Positions 9,212 through 18,316 of a stretch of 36,870 nucleotides of DNA are shown in pieces. Made by a program: the position numbers and the translations under genes. The DNA comes from Candidatus Latescibacterota bacterium (lineage in GTDB: Bacteria > Latescibacterota > UBA2968): assembly GCA_038279365.1 (NCBI GenBank), contig JAYODI010000061.1:1-36870 (forward strand). The letters are read 5' to 3'. The notes under the pieces were generated by a model, which searched no databases, was not told the origin of the DNA, and was given only the letters and a program-made list of their open reading frames with translations. How positions within the stretch are numbered: the first letter of the stretch is position 1; every line of letters begins with the position of its first letter.

Positions 9212-10198
9212 TTGGAAGTCACAGAAGACACATCCAAACCTGCCCAACCCATGTCTGATCGACCATTACACATCCTCATTGTGACCAGCATATATCCAAC
9301 AAAGGAAAAACCTGCTTTGGGTGCATTTGTTGCCAGTCAGGTCACCTCCCTGCGCAAGTTGGGGCTGCACTGCGATGTGCTTTTTATAGACATGGGCAAA
9401 TCCAAGATGGAACTGCTCAAAAGCATTGGACGTGTTAGATACGCCTTATCATCAGGACAATATGATCTCATTCATGCACATTTTGGTTACAATGGCATAC
9501 CTGCAGCCTTACAAAAAAAAGTGCCATTTGTCATTTCATTTTGTGGCACAGATCTCAACCATCCCAAGCACCGCCCTATTTCGCAGTGGGTTGCCAAAAG
9601 AGCCGCTGCCAGCATCGTGAAAAGCGAATCGCTTTACAAGCTCCTCAACCGCCCAGCACACATCATACCCAATGGTGTTGATACAGAACATTTTAAACCC
9701 AAAAACAAAGCAGATGCACGACACCAACTCAGTCTCGACCTCGACAAAAAATATGTGCTCTTTGTGAGCACCGACCTTTCACGCCCAGAAAAACGCTTTG
9801 AATTGGCCAAAGATGCCGTAGTAAAAGCAGGTTGTGACCTCCTCACAATGAGCAATTGCACCCCCGCTGAAGCACCTTTTTATTTTAATGCGGCAGACGC
9901 ATTGATTCTCACATCGACCTATGAAGGCTCTCCCAATACCATAAAGGAAGCCCTCGCCTGCAACTTACCGATTGTGAGCACCGATGTTGGCGATGTGCGC
10001 ACACACATCCAAAACGTTCACAACTGCCAAATATGTCATGACACCGTCACAGATCTGGCCAATGGCTTACGCGCTGTTTTGGCCGATGGGCGTCCATCTA
10101 ATGGCCGTGATAACATTGCACACCTTTCAACCGATCATATTGCCAAACAAATTTTGAAACTTTATCAGCAAATCCTCCACAAGCAGGTGACCCCATGA
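9212..10198 (+). CDS. Glycosyltransferase family 4 (TuaC-like)
   Basis: 'IHAHFG', 'GTD', 'IPNGVD' and 'EGSPNTIKEALACNLPIVSTDVGDV' motifs. Start may be ATG 9251. Confidence 0.88.
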   Translation: MEVTEDTSKPAQPMSDRPLHILIVTSIYPTKEKPALGAFVASQVTSLRKLGLHCDVLFIDMGKSKMELLKSIGRVRYALSSGQYDLIHAHFGYNGIPAALQKKVPFVISFCGTDLNHPKHRPISQWVAKRAAASIVKSESLYKLLNRPAHIIPNGVDTEHFKPKNKADARHQLSLDLDKKYVLFVSTDLSRPEKRFELAKDAVVKAGCDLLTMSNCTPAEAPFYFNAADALILTSTYEGSPNTIKEALACNLPIVSTDVGDVRTHIQNVHNCQICHDTVTDLANGLRAVLADGRPSNGRDNIAHLSTDHIAKQILKLYQQILHKQVTP

Positions 10199-11451
10199 AA
10201 ATGGCCATGGTTGTTCACTCCTACTACCCCGCCGATGTGCGTGTGCGCAGAGAATGTGACGCACTCTCAGACCGAGGTGAATTGGTAGATCTCATATGTT
10301 TGCAAAAATCAGGCGAGGCAACCACAGAAGTCATTGACAACGTCACCGTCTATCGCTTGCCCGTGCAACATCACCGAGGCCAAGGCCCAGTTGCTTATAT
10401 TGTTGAATATCTTAACTTTTTCATACGTGCGTTTTTTTGTCTAACAAGACTTTATATGCGCAACAAATATCCCATTGTGCAAGTGCACAACATGCCAGAT
10501 TTTCTTGTATTCACCACCGTTATCCCCAAATTGTTCGGCTCTAAAATACTCTTAGATATGCACGACATTACCCCCGAACTCTTTGTCTCTCTTTATGGCA
10601 TCTCCGAAAAAAGCATCACCTTTAAATTGTTGTGTTTTGCCGAACGACTCAGCTTGGCCTATGCCAACGCAGTCTTAACCGTCAACCAAAACATCCGCGA
10701 CCTCTTTCTCACGCGGAATCCCATAGCCCGCAAAATTGAGGTCGTCATGAATGCCCCGGACCCACGCTATTTCACCCCAACAAGGTCCGGGGCATTACCC
10801 ATCAATGGTGCTGTGCGCTTATTTCACCACGGTCAAATTTTACGTCGTTACAGTTTTGAAGTGGCACTCGAAGGCTTTCAAATTGCCAAACAGCACATTC
10901 CACAACTCGAATTTGATCTATACGGCGATGGCGAAGAACAATATTTGGCCGAGTTGCAAATCTATTTACAAAAACACAATTTGCAAGATTGTGTACGCTT
11001 TCACGACCGAGTGCCAGTTAACCAAGTGCCGCATTTAATCGAACAAGCACATATCGGCATCGTCCCTTGTAAAAAAGACATTTTTGTAGACAAAGTAATG
11101 TTGCCAGTACGCTTGCTGGAATACATTGCAATGAACGTTCCCACCATCATCTCTCGTGTGGGCACGGTTGAATCATATTTTAACGATGACGAAGTGGCCT
11201 ACTATCCACACGATGATGCACAAGCGTTGGCCGATCAAATTGTAGCGCTTTACCAAAACCCTCACAAACGCCAAATACAGGTAGAAAAGGCAAAAAAAGC
11301 TTTTCAAAATCATACTTGGGAACGTCAAAAAGAACGTTACTACGCTGTAATAGACACACTTTTAGGCAGAGACACACAAATCAAAATGACAGATAATATT
11401 GCTGTGCAACAAAATAAGATGGAAAACACACTGGAGAAAATAAACACATGA
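10195..11451 (+). CDS. Glycosyltransferase family 4
   Basis: 'YPADVRVRRE', 'HNMPDFL', 'DMHD..PE' and 'PVRLLEYIAM' motifs. ATGA overlap with the upstream gene. Confidence 0.88.
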   Translation: MKMAMVVHSYYPADVRVRRECDALSDRGELVDLICLQKSGEATTEVIDNVTVYRLPVQHHRGQGPVAYIVEYLNFFIRAFFCLTRLYMRNKYPIVQVHNMPDFLVFTTVIPKLFGSKILLDMHDITPELFVSLYGISEKSITFKLLCFAERLSLAYANAVLTVNQNIRDLFLTRNPIARKIEVVMNAPDPRYFTPTRSGALPINGAVRLFHHGQILRRYSFEVALEGFQIAKQHIPQLEFDLYGDGEEQYLAELQIYLQKHNLQDCVRFHDRVPVNQVPHLIEQAHIGIVPCKKDIFVDKVMLPVRLLEYIAMNVPTIISRVGTVESYFNDDEVAYYPHDDAQALADQIVALYQNPHKRQIQVEKAKKAFQNHTWERQKERYYAVIDTLLGRDTQIKMTDNIAVQQNKMENTLEKINT

Positions 11452-13154
11452 ACGTGCTTGGCATACACGATGGCAAAGACGCAGGCGTTTGTTTGGTCAC
11501 AGACGGCAAACCCATTTATGCAGCCAATGAAGAACGGTTTTCGCGCAAAAAACTACACTTTGGATTTCCTTACCTTTCATTGCACAACCTGCTTGAAACC
11601 ACCGGCATCAAGCCCGAAGAAATTGATCGGGTGAGTGTGGGTTTTCAAGCCATGGTCGAAACCGAAGATTATCCCATATACAACGACATTGATGACACCA
11701 ATATTTTCCAATCTATTTTTGCGGGCGCCACACGTTTATTGGGCCCAGTCACATCCACACGTGCTTTTGTCAAAATGTCACAACACGCACTGAGCCTCAT
11801 TAGCAAAAACAAACAAGGGCTTCAAAAAGCGCTTACCGATCATGGAATTATTGCGCCCATTAAATATATAGACCACCACAAAAGCCATGCCGCGTCCACT
11901 TATTATACATCTGGTTTTCAAGATGCGCTCATCGTCACAGCAGATGGCGGAGGAGATGGTTTGGCGGGCAGTGTGTATACTGGCCGTGGTGGAAAGCTAT
12001 CTGTCATATCCGAATGGCCACGTGTGCATTCACCAGGTAATTTTTGGTTTCTAATCACATATATATGTGGGTTCAACCCCATTAAACATGGCGGTAAAAT
12101 TACAGGCCTTGCCGCCTATACCGTTTGTGAAGAAGCACACCAAGTAATCTCAGAGTTTTATGGCTACGACCCCAATCGCCTTAGTTTTACCAACAAAAAA
12201 CACCTCCTTTTTGGCGACGCATACCATGCCTTAGCAAAAGCGCTTGAAAAATTTGATATGCAACAGATTGCATATGGTGCCCAAAAAGTACTCGAAGAAA
12301 CGATGTGCGGTGTCATTCAGGCCGCTGTCAAAAAAACAGGGCTCTCCAAAGTGGCCCTTGCTGGCGGTACCTTTGCCAATGTGCGCCTCAATCAAAAAAT
12401 TCTCGAACTCGATGGCGTAGAAGAAATCTTTATTCACCCCCATATGGGCGATGGAGGCGTTACTATAGGCTCAGCTCTTGAAGTCACCGCCGAAATACAA
12501 GGCCTTGTGCCCACAGCCATTGGTGAGGTTTATTGGGGCAATGCCACCACGGATGCAATCATCGAAGAAACATTGGCCCAATATCCAGTACAGTTTGAAA
12601 AACTAGCGGATCCATCAGAAGCGATTGCAGATTGTTTGGTGCAAAAACAAGTATTAGGTCTCTTTAACGGCAAAATGGAATATGGCCCTCGCGCCTTAGG
12701 CCATCGCACCATTATGGCCGAACCCACCGACCCAACCATGATGGACTGGCTCAACAAACGGTTAGAGCGCACCGAGTTTATGCCCTTTGCCCCTATTATC
12801 CTTGAAGAAGATGCGCCCCTGTATTTTGAAAATTTCGATGCGGGGCGCTTACCTGCCCGCTTTATGACATTGTGTTTTAACGTAACCGAATACGGCAAAA
12901 AAATGGCCCCAGGCATCGTCCACAAAGATGGCACCGCGCGCCCACAAATTGTGAATGCCACCCATAACACCTACGTTTACAAAGCCCTCAAAGCCTACAA
13001 AGCCAAAAGCGGTCTGTCTCTGGGCATCAACACCAGCTTTAACAAACATGAAGAACCGATTGTTTGCCACCCCCGTGACGCCATAGATGAACTCCTGCGT
13101 GGTGGTGTGGATGTACTCTTTATTGAAAATTATAAAGTTCAAAAAAAACCATAA
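11448..13154 (+). CDS. O-carbamoyltransferase, NodU/CmcH/TobZ family (copy 2)
   Basis: Motifs 'EERFSRKK', 'DHHKSHAASTYY', 'ADGGGD', 'GKITGLAAY', 'HMGDGG', 'GPRALGHR' and 'INTSFNKHEEPIV'. ATGA overlap with the upstream gene. Confidence 0.95.
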   Translation: MNVLGIHDGKDAGVCLVTDGKPIYAANEERFSRKKLHFGFPYLSLHNLLETTGIKPEEIDRVSVGFQAMVETEDYPIYNDIDDTNIFQSIFAGATRLLGPVTSTRAFVKMSQHALSLISKNKQGLQKALTDHGIIAPIKYIDHHKSHAASTYYTSGFQDALIVTADGGGDGLAGSVYTGRGGKLSVISEWPRVHSPGNFWFLITYICGFNPIKHGGKITGLAAYTVCEEAHQVISEFYGYDPNRLSFTNKKHLLFGDAYHALAKALEKFDMQQIAYGAQKVLEETMCGVIQAAVKKTGLSKVALAGGTFANVRLNQKILELDGVEEIFIHPHMGDGGVTIGSALEVTAEIQGLVPTAIGEVYWGNATTDAIIEETLAQYPVQFEKLADPSEAIADCLVQKQVLGLFNGKMEYGPRALGHRTIMAEPTDPTMMDWLNKRLERTEFMPFAPIILEEDAPLYFENFDAGRLPARFMTLCFNVTEYGKKMAPGIVHKDGTARPQIVNATHNTYVYKALKAYKAKSGLSLGINTSFNKHEEPIVCHPRDAIDELLRGGVDVLFIENYKVQKKP

Positions 13155-13179
13155 TGCAAAAACCCACCAGATCACCACA

Positions 13180-13215
13180 AAAAAGCCGCTTGTCGTTAAC
13201 GACAAGCGGCTTTTT
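13180..13215. terminator. Bidirectional intrinsic terminator
   Basis: Perfect 36-bp palindrome AAAAAGCCGCTTGTCGTT/AACGACAAGCGGCTTTTT between convergent genes, giving a U-tract on both strands. Confidence 0.9.
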
Positions 13216-13233
13216 ACATGGTTTCAGACAAAT

Positions 13234-13623
13234 TTATCGCCCACGAAATATCTTCCCACCCTCCGCAACCCCCAACGCTTTGTTCATCACATCAATGACC
13301 CGCTCGACCTCAAATGGTTTGGTCACAATACCACTTATACCAATGGTGCCCAAATGTTGTGCCATACCTTTATCGATATGTGCAGATATCACGATCACAG
13401 GTGTTTTAAAACCCTGTTTGCGAATAAACTCCAAAAACTTTTCGCCTGTAATATCGGGCATTTGTAAATCCAGCATGACCAAATCAATCTTCTTTTTTGG
13501 CAAAATACCCAAAGCTTCTTTGGCAGACTGAGCCATTTCTGCTTCATAGCCATATACCGTCACAATTTCTTTTAAAACCTGGCAAATAGAAAATTCATCA
13601 TCCACAATCAATACGCACGGCAT
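13234..13623 (-). CDS. Single-domain response regulator (CheY-like receiver)
   Basis: 'LIVDDE', phospho-acceptor in 'MLDLQMP', 'ISAH' and 'KPF'. SD GAGGTGG precedes ATG 13623. Confidence 0.92.
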   Translation of the reverse strand: MPCVLIVDDEFSICQVLKEIVTVYGYEAEMAQSAKEALGILPKKKIDLVMLDLQMPDITGEKFLEFIRKQGFKTPVIVISAHIDKGMAQHLGTIGISGIVTKPFEVERVIDVMNKALGVAEGGKIFRGR

Positions 13624-13738
13624 AACCACCTCAACTGTTGCAAAAATTCACACCCGTGTAAAATTGCCACGCATAACCGCACGGCAAACATAGGCCACAA
13701 AACAATAAAAAACAACACCTTAACTTCGATTTAAGCAT

Positions 13739-13754
13739 TGGCACAACCCTTGCA
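13739..13754 (+). promoter_or_regulatory. Sigma54 (RpoN) -24/-12 promoter
   Basis: TGGCACAACCCTTGCA (GG-N10-GC), intergenic, correctly oriented, 47 nt upstream of ATG 13802. Confidence 0.8.
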
Positions 13755-13801
13755 TTCATATCCAAACAAACACACCTTTTAATTATACGAAATTTTCGAC
13801 A

Positions 13802-15154
13802 ATGAACAGATATTTTTCAAAACATCTCATTTTAATCTTTCTCTTGGTACAAACAGGGTGCACCACGTATGCCCAATTTACAGGTGACTTTCGCACCCAC
13901 GTTGCCAACCAAGATTATACCCAAGCATTGGAAAACCTAAACGATTCCAAAAAGGGCAACAACAAACTGCTTTATTTGCTCGAAACCGGGCTTATTGCGC
14001 ATTATCAAAAACAATATACACAATCAAACCGATACTTTGCCGCAGCTGAAAAACACGCCGATGCACTTTATACCAAATCCATCTCGCGCCAAGCTGCATC
14101 GCTCATTACCAATGATACAATCAAAAACTACAAAGGCGAAAGCTTTGAATTGGTGGCCATTCATTACTATCGCGCACTCAATTACTGGTATTTGGGCTTA
14201 CCCGAAGACGCATTGGTCGAATGCCGCAAAGCCAATCTCAAACTGGCGCAATACGCCATTCACAATGGCAAAACATCTTATAAAAACGACGCTTTTATCC
14301 ATTATATGACGGGCCTTTTTTACGAAGCCACAGGAGAATACAATGACGCTTACATTTCATACCAACACGCACAAGATGCCTACGCGCACTATGCTACCGT
14401 CTTTGATGTGTTGCCACCACAAGCACTCGAACAAGATTTGCAACGCGTTTCTGAAATTCTAAACGGCGTTGAAGTGGCCTCTCTGAATACCACGTCATTT
14501 TTATCGCCTGTTGGAGATGGCGAACTGGTCATCTTCTCAGAAATTGGTTTTGTGCCTCGAAAGTTGCAAGAAGAAATCGACTTGCCACTTTATGACAACG
14601 ACATCAAACGCAGTAAAAATATAGAAACATCTGTATTGGCAAAAGACATTTCGAATCGTCGTTATCACGTTCAAAACCAAGGGCATGTCGATTACTGGTT
14701 GCGCGTAGCACTGCCCAAATACGATGTCACAACACCCCAAACCTGGACCACATCTATTAGCACCGATGGGCAACAAACACAAACCGCTATCGCACAAAGT
14801 TACGCAGACATCGCAAAAGCCTCTTTAAACGACCATTACCCAGGCATATTGATCAAAACAACAGCCCGTGCATTCGTGAAATACATCACCTATCTCAAAG
14901 CCAAAAAAGAAAACAAAGTGCTTGGATTTTTTACCAATCTCTTCAACGTCTCAACCGAAATAGCCGACACGCGCAGTTGGGTTTCGCTTCCAAACAACAT
15001 TCAAATAGGCAGACTCACATTGCCACCAGGCAAACACACCATCACCATAGAAGCCCATGACAAAAGTGGCAACATCATCGAAACCAAAACATTCGAAAAC
15101 ATAGAAATCAAACCCGGACAACGCACATTTATCAGCCACAGGTTTTACCGTTAA
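13802..15154 (+). CDS. COG3014-family TPR-like lipoprotein
   Basis: Lipobox QTGC; motifs 'LLYLLETG', 'YKGESFE', 'ALNY', 'ALVECRKA' and 'ADTRSWVSLP'; sits in the typical lpoB neighbourhood. Confidence 0.8.
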   Translation: MNRYFSKHLILIFLLVQTGCTTYAQFTGDFRTHVANQDYTQALENLNDSKKGNNKLLYLLETGLIAHYQKQYTQSNRYFAAAEKHADALYTKSISRQAASLITNDTIKNYKGESFELVAIHYYRALNYWYLGLPEDALVECRKANLKLAQYAIHNGKTSYKNDAFIHYMTGLFYEATGEYNDAYISYQHAQDAYAHYATVFDVLPPQALEQDLQRVSEILNGVEVASLNTTSFLSPVGDGELVIFSEIGFVPRKLQEEIDLPLYDNDIKRSKNIETSVLAKDISNRRYHVQNQGHVDYWLRVALPKYDVTTPQTWTTSISTDGQQTQTAIAQSYADIAKASLNDHYPGILIKTTARAFVKYITYLKAKKENKVLGFFTNLFNVSTEIADTRSWVSLPNNIQIGRLTLPPGKHTITIEAHDKSGNIIETKTFENIEIKPGQRTFISHRFYR

Positions 15155-15167
15155 AAGGAGCACCACA

Positions 15168-15968
15168 ATGAAAACCATCATCGCCTCATTACTCGCACTC
15201 GTCACATTAGTAAACATCGCAAGTGCGAAAGACAATTTACCTCCCACACGTGGGCAAGTCATTAACATTGTAGAATGGGACGGGGGCGAGCTCCCCAAAG
15301 TATACGAACGCTCAGAGCAAATGCCCTTTACCCAAACCGATATCACCCGTTTGGTTGCCAGTGGTTTTGATGCTCCCCTTATTGCCAAAATGATTGCAGA
15401 AAGACGCTATGTAGGAGATGCCTCTGCCAATGGACTGATTGCACTAAAAAACAACGGCGTTGCACCCGAAATTATTCAAGCGGTATCCAAACATGCTTTG
15501 GCACCCAACCGTGCCATTAATCTAACCATTTACCTCGAATTTGAAGGTGAATCACAAATGGCTCGCAAACGCTATCTTTACATTATGATGCCAGATGGCT
15601 CTCTTGATCGCGTTTTTACAGCAGATTTAGGAACTGTTTTATCTGGGCACTGGAAAAACGATATACTTATAGACAACACGGATCCCTTGCTCACGCGCCA
15701 AGTTCGTCGAATTGCATTTTCGGGTACATTGCCCCTTAAAACTTATGGTCAAAAAGAGGTACGCATTTTCACATCGACACGCCCAGGCATTTACCACATC
15801 AAAGACATTCCACAACAAGATTTGGCCAGCGTTAAAATTTATACCATGGATTACCCCACCAGTTCACTGCGCCAAGATTGTCGCATAACGGTGCGCCACA
15901 AACAAGATGCTTTATTGACCGACAAATGGCACCTTGTAGACACCCATTTGGAATGTGAGTGGGAATAA
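15168..15968 (+). CDS. Exported hypothetical protein
   Basis: Signal peptide ending ASA, SD AAGGAG, and two short helical repeats (DITRLVASGFDAPLI / GLIALKNNGVAPEII). Confidence 0.8.
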   Translation: MKTIIASLLALVTLVNIASAKDNLPPTRGQVINIVEWDGGELPKVYERSEQMPFTQTDITRLVASGFDAPLIAKMIAERRYVGDASANGLIALKNNGVAPEIIQAVSKHALAPNRAINLTIYLEFEGESQMARKRYLYIMMPDGSLDRVFTADLGTVLSGHWKNDILIDNTDPLLTRQVRRIAFSGTLPLKTYGQKEVRIFTSTRPGIYHIKDIPQQDLASVKIYTMDYPTSSLRQDCRITVRHKQDALLTDKWHLVDTHLECEWE

Positions 15969-16041
15969 ATAGAAAATTTCAGAACACCAACAAAGCTTCC
16001 ATTGACACTTAAAAAATAATCATCCATCAAGGAGAAACACC

Positions 16042-16638
16042 ATGAACAAACCCATCATTCTCACCGCCCTGCTATTTTCATTCACCATAGGTTGTGCCGG
16101 TCCACGTGCCTTTACCAAAGGCACCTACGAAGACCCAGAAACCATCGCGCTCTTGGACGATCAATTTAACGAAAATGATATGCAGTTGATTGCCAAAAAA
16201 ATGATCACCTCCATTATTGAATCCCCTCATCTCACAGCCAATGGCAAAGTACCTGCCGTGATGTTGGGCAAAATGCGCAACCGCACCACCGAGCACATTG
16301 ACATGGTTGCGCTTTCAGACAAGCTTAAAACTGCGCTCATCCAAAGTGGCAAGTTGCGTTTTGTAGATGCTGCCAATCGCCGTGACATTGCCGAAGAATA
16401 CGAATACCAACAATCGGGATACGTAGATTCAACACAAGCCAAAGGCCCTGGCAAACAAACCGGTTCTGATTATTTGCTCACAGGCACCCTCAGTTCCAAC
16501 ATTCAAGAAGTGGGAAAAGACAAGTTGGTCTATTACAAAGCCACGTTTCAACTCACCAACTTAGAAACATCTGAAATTGTTTGGACGGATGAAAAAGAAA
16601 TACGAAAAGCCTATAAGAAACGCAGCATTGGTCTGTAA
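16042..16638 (+). CDS. lpoB: Penicillin-binding protein activator LpoB family lipoprotein
   Basis: Lipobox TIGC; motifs 'NRTTEHID', 'SGKLRFVD', 'DYLLTGTLSS', 'YYKATFQLTNLETSEIVW' and 'KEIRK'. SD AAGGAG. Confidence 0.85.
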   Translation: MNKPIILTALLFSFTIGCAGPRAFTKGTYEDPETIALLDDQFNENDMQLIAKKMITSIIESPHLTANGKVPAVMLGKMRNRTTEHIDMVALSDKLKTALIQSGKLRFVDAANRRDIAEEYEYQQSGYVDSTQAKGPGKQTGSDYLLTGTLSSNIQEVGKDKLVYYKATFQLTNLETSEIVWTDEKEIRKAYKKRSIGL

Positions 16639-16676
16639 GTTCGCACATCAAAACCATTGAATTGAAAGGTCACACT

Positions 16677-17222
16677 ATGAAACGCATCTTGTTAGCACTC
16701 ACACTTGCCCTATTCGTCAGCAGCGTTGCATCCGCCCAAACAGGACGCACAGACGGCACCGAAGAAAGTGAATTTGGCAAAGGCGGTTATCCTTTTGCTG
16801 GCCAAGCCAATCGGTTCTACCTCAACACCTCATTTGGCTCCGGATTTTTCAAAACCCCTGGTCTCACCGACACACAAACAGGTTTTTTGTATGGCATAGA
16901 CTTGGGCTTTGAAATGGATCAGTGGCTTGGGGTGCAAGTAGGTTATACCTACCTCTCAGACCGAGACCTCTCCATCTTCAGCCTTGGATCACGGTTTGCC
17001 TATACGTATGAGCCCTTTGTTTATCACGTTTCTCTTAACGCAGGTTTATATGACCCCAAAATCGGATCAACCAACTTTGGGCTTGCCCCTGGTGCAGGTG
17101 TGGATATTATCGTCAATGATCGGGTGCGCTTGGGCTTAGACTACAAGCATGACTTTATCTTTACCGACAACATCACCACCGATATGGACCGTGTTTATGC
17201 AGGTCTCAAATTTTTCTTTTAA
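16677..17222 (+). CDS. Small outer-membrane beta-barrel protein (OmpA-like 8-strand type)
   Basis: Signal peptide ending ASA, amphipathic beta strands and a C-terminal BAM-type motif 'YAGLKFFF'. Confidence 0.82.
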   Translation: MKRILLALTLALFVSSVASAQTGRTDGTEESEFGKGGYPFAGQANRFYLNTSFGSGFFKTPGLTDTQTGFLYGIDLGFEMDQWLGVQVGYTYLSDRDLSIFSLGSRFAYTYEPFVYHVSLNAGLYDPKIGSTNFGLAPGAGVDIIVNDRVRLGLDYKHDFIFTDNITTDMDRVYAGLKFFF

Positions 17223-17224
17223 AA

Positions 17225-17315
17225 AATTTGCGTGTGTGTGAAATCGCCTCGCTTCCTATCCATTCATCCATCGTTCGGTCACGCACAGCTGGGCTAAGCC
17301 ACACACACGCAAATT
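17225..17315. repeat. Structured intergenic element with 16-bp perfect inverted arms (candidate sRNA or 3'UTR structure)
   Basis: AATTTGCGTGTGTGTG (17225-17240) and CACACACACGCAAATT (17300-17315) enclose a 59-nt spacer. Confidence 0.7.
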
Positions 17316-17351
17316 AAGAAGCCCCAGAACTTAAGCTCTGGGGCTTCTTAA
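17314..17351. terminator. Probable bidirectional terminator
   Basis: TTAAGAAGCCCCAGA-N8-TCTGGGGCTTCTTAA, a 15-bp perfect stem between convergent operons. Confidence 0.78.
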
Positions 17352-17418
17352 CATGTGCTCAACAAAAAATGTTTTTCGTAATCAACACCATCAACAATCC
17401 GTCACAAACCCAGAAACC

Positions 17419-18315
17419 TTAATACCGACTTGGCACCAATACAGAGAGTGCTTTTTGTTTGACAGAAAAATTCAGCACCGCAGATCCACTTAATGCTTCA
17501 CCATCAAACTGATAATAATCGGCCTCATCGCGTTCAATGCGAATCTGTTGCGCCTGAAACCGTCTCACACCAGGCATGCGATCTATTGACCCAGTAAAAA
17601 GACGCCATCCATGAATCACAGTAGAAAACAAACTCTTAGGCTCAATCACCCGCACATCCAGCAGACCATCTTCGGCGTGTGCTCCTGGCGCAATGATAAC
17701 ACCATTGCCATATTGCGCCGTATTGGCAAGCACAAGTACCATAGGACAACAGGTTATTGCTGGCTGATCATCTAAAAACAGACGTACAGATTTTGGCTTA
17801 TATTGCCGTATCACCTGAAACGTCAACATCAAATAAGGAATCAACCCACGGCGCTTACCCTTGCGTGCGGCATATTGCCAAGCCACTTCGGCATCAACAC
17901 CCACACCAGCCGTTGATAAAAACAACTCATTTTCAACCCATCCCACATCCAACCGTTTGACATTGGCCTCCAACAGTTGGCGACACGCTTTTTGGGGCAC
18001 AGTCGAAATCTTTAACGCACGCGCAAAAGCATTTCCAGACCCCACAGGAATCATACCCAAAGGCACCTCAGTATCCACCAGTGCCCGTGCAACTTCATTT
18101 AGAGTGCCATCACCACCTATACCAATGACCACACCCGCCTGATCGGCAACGGCTTCTGTTGCCAATTGGAAAGCATGGCCAGCCGCTTGTGTCTCATAAA
18201 AAGCGTAGTCAATTCCCGCAGCCACCATCTCTTGTTCAACAGCCAAACGCACCTGCCTCCGCGTGCCCGCAGTGGGGTTCATAATACAAACCACGTTGGT
18301 CAGGTTCGCACCCAT
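17419..18315 (-). CDS. Diacylglycerol/lipid kinase family protein (YegS/DgkB-like)
   Basis: Motifs 'NPTAG', 'GGDGTLNEV', 'PVGSGNAFAR', 'GVGVDA', 'YGNG', 'DGLLDV' and 'FDGE'. Confidence 0.92.
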   Translation of the reverse strand: MGANLTNVVCIMNPTAGTRRQVRLAVEQEMVAAGIDYAFYETQAAGHAFQLATEAVADQAGVVIGIGGDGTLNEVARALVDTEVPLGMIPVGSGNAFARALKISTVPQKACRQLLEANVKRLDVGWVENELFLSTAGVGVDAEVAWQYAARKGKRRGLIPYLMLTFQVIRQYKPKSVRLFLDDQPAITCCPMVLVLANTAQYGNGVIIAPGAHAEDGLLDVRVIEPKSLFSTVIHGWRLFTGSIDRMPGVRRFQAQQIRIERDEADYYQFDGEALSGSAVLNFSVKQKALSVLVPSRY

Positions 18316-18316
18316 G

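Noticed and set aside
13180-13215. Perfect 36-bp palindrome as a possible mobile-element end or recombination site
   Set aside because: Single copy, with A/T tails between convergent genes; fully explained as a bidirectional terminator.
13154-13531. Plus-strand ORFs (13087-13467, 13154-13531) after carbamoyltransferase 2
   Set aside because: They are shadows of the minus-strand response regulator and cross a strong terminator.
16003-16030. TTGACA upstream of lpoB as an internal sigma70 promoter
   Set aside because: No acceptable -10 hexamer at 16-18 nt spacing.
17277-17313. Resemblance to the start of a c-di-GMP-I (Vc2-like) riboswitch (GGTCACGCACAG...GGGC.AA.CC...ACGCAAA)
   Set aside because: It lacks the P2 GNRA tetraloop hairpin and the P3 receptor stem, and lies downstream of genes rather than in a 5' leader. 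Treated as coincidence pending an Rfam scan.
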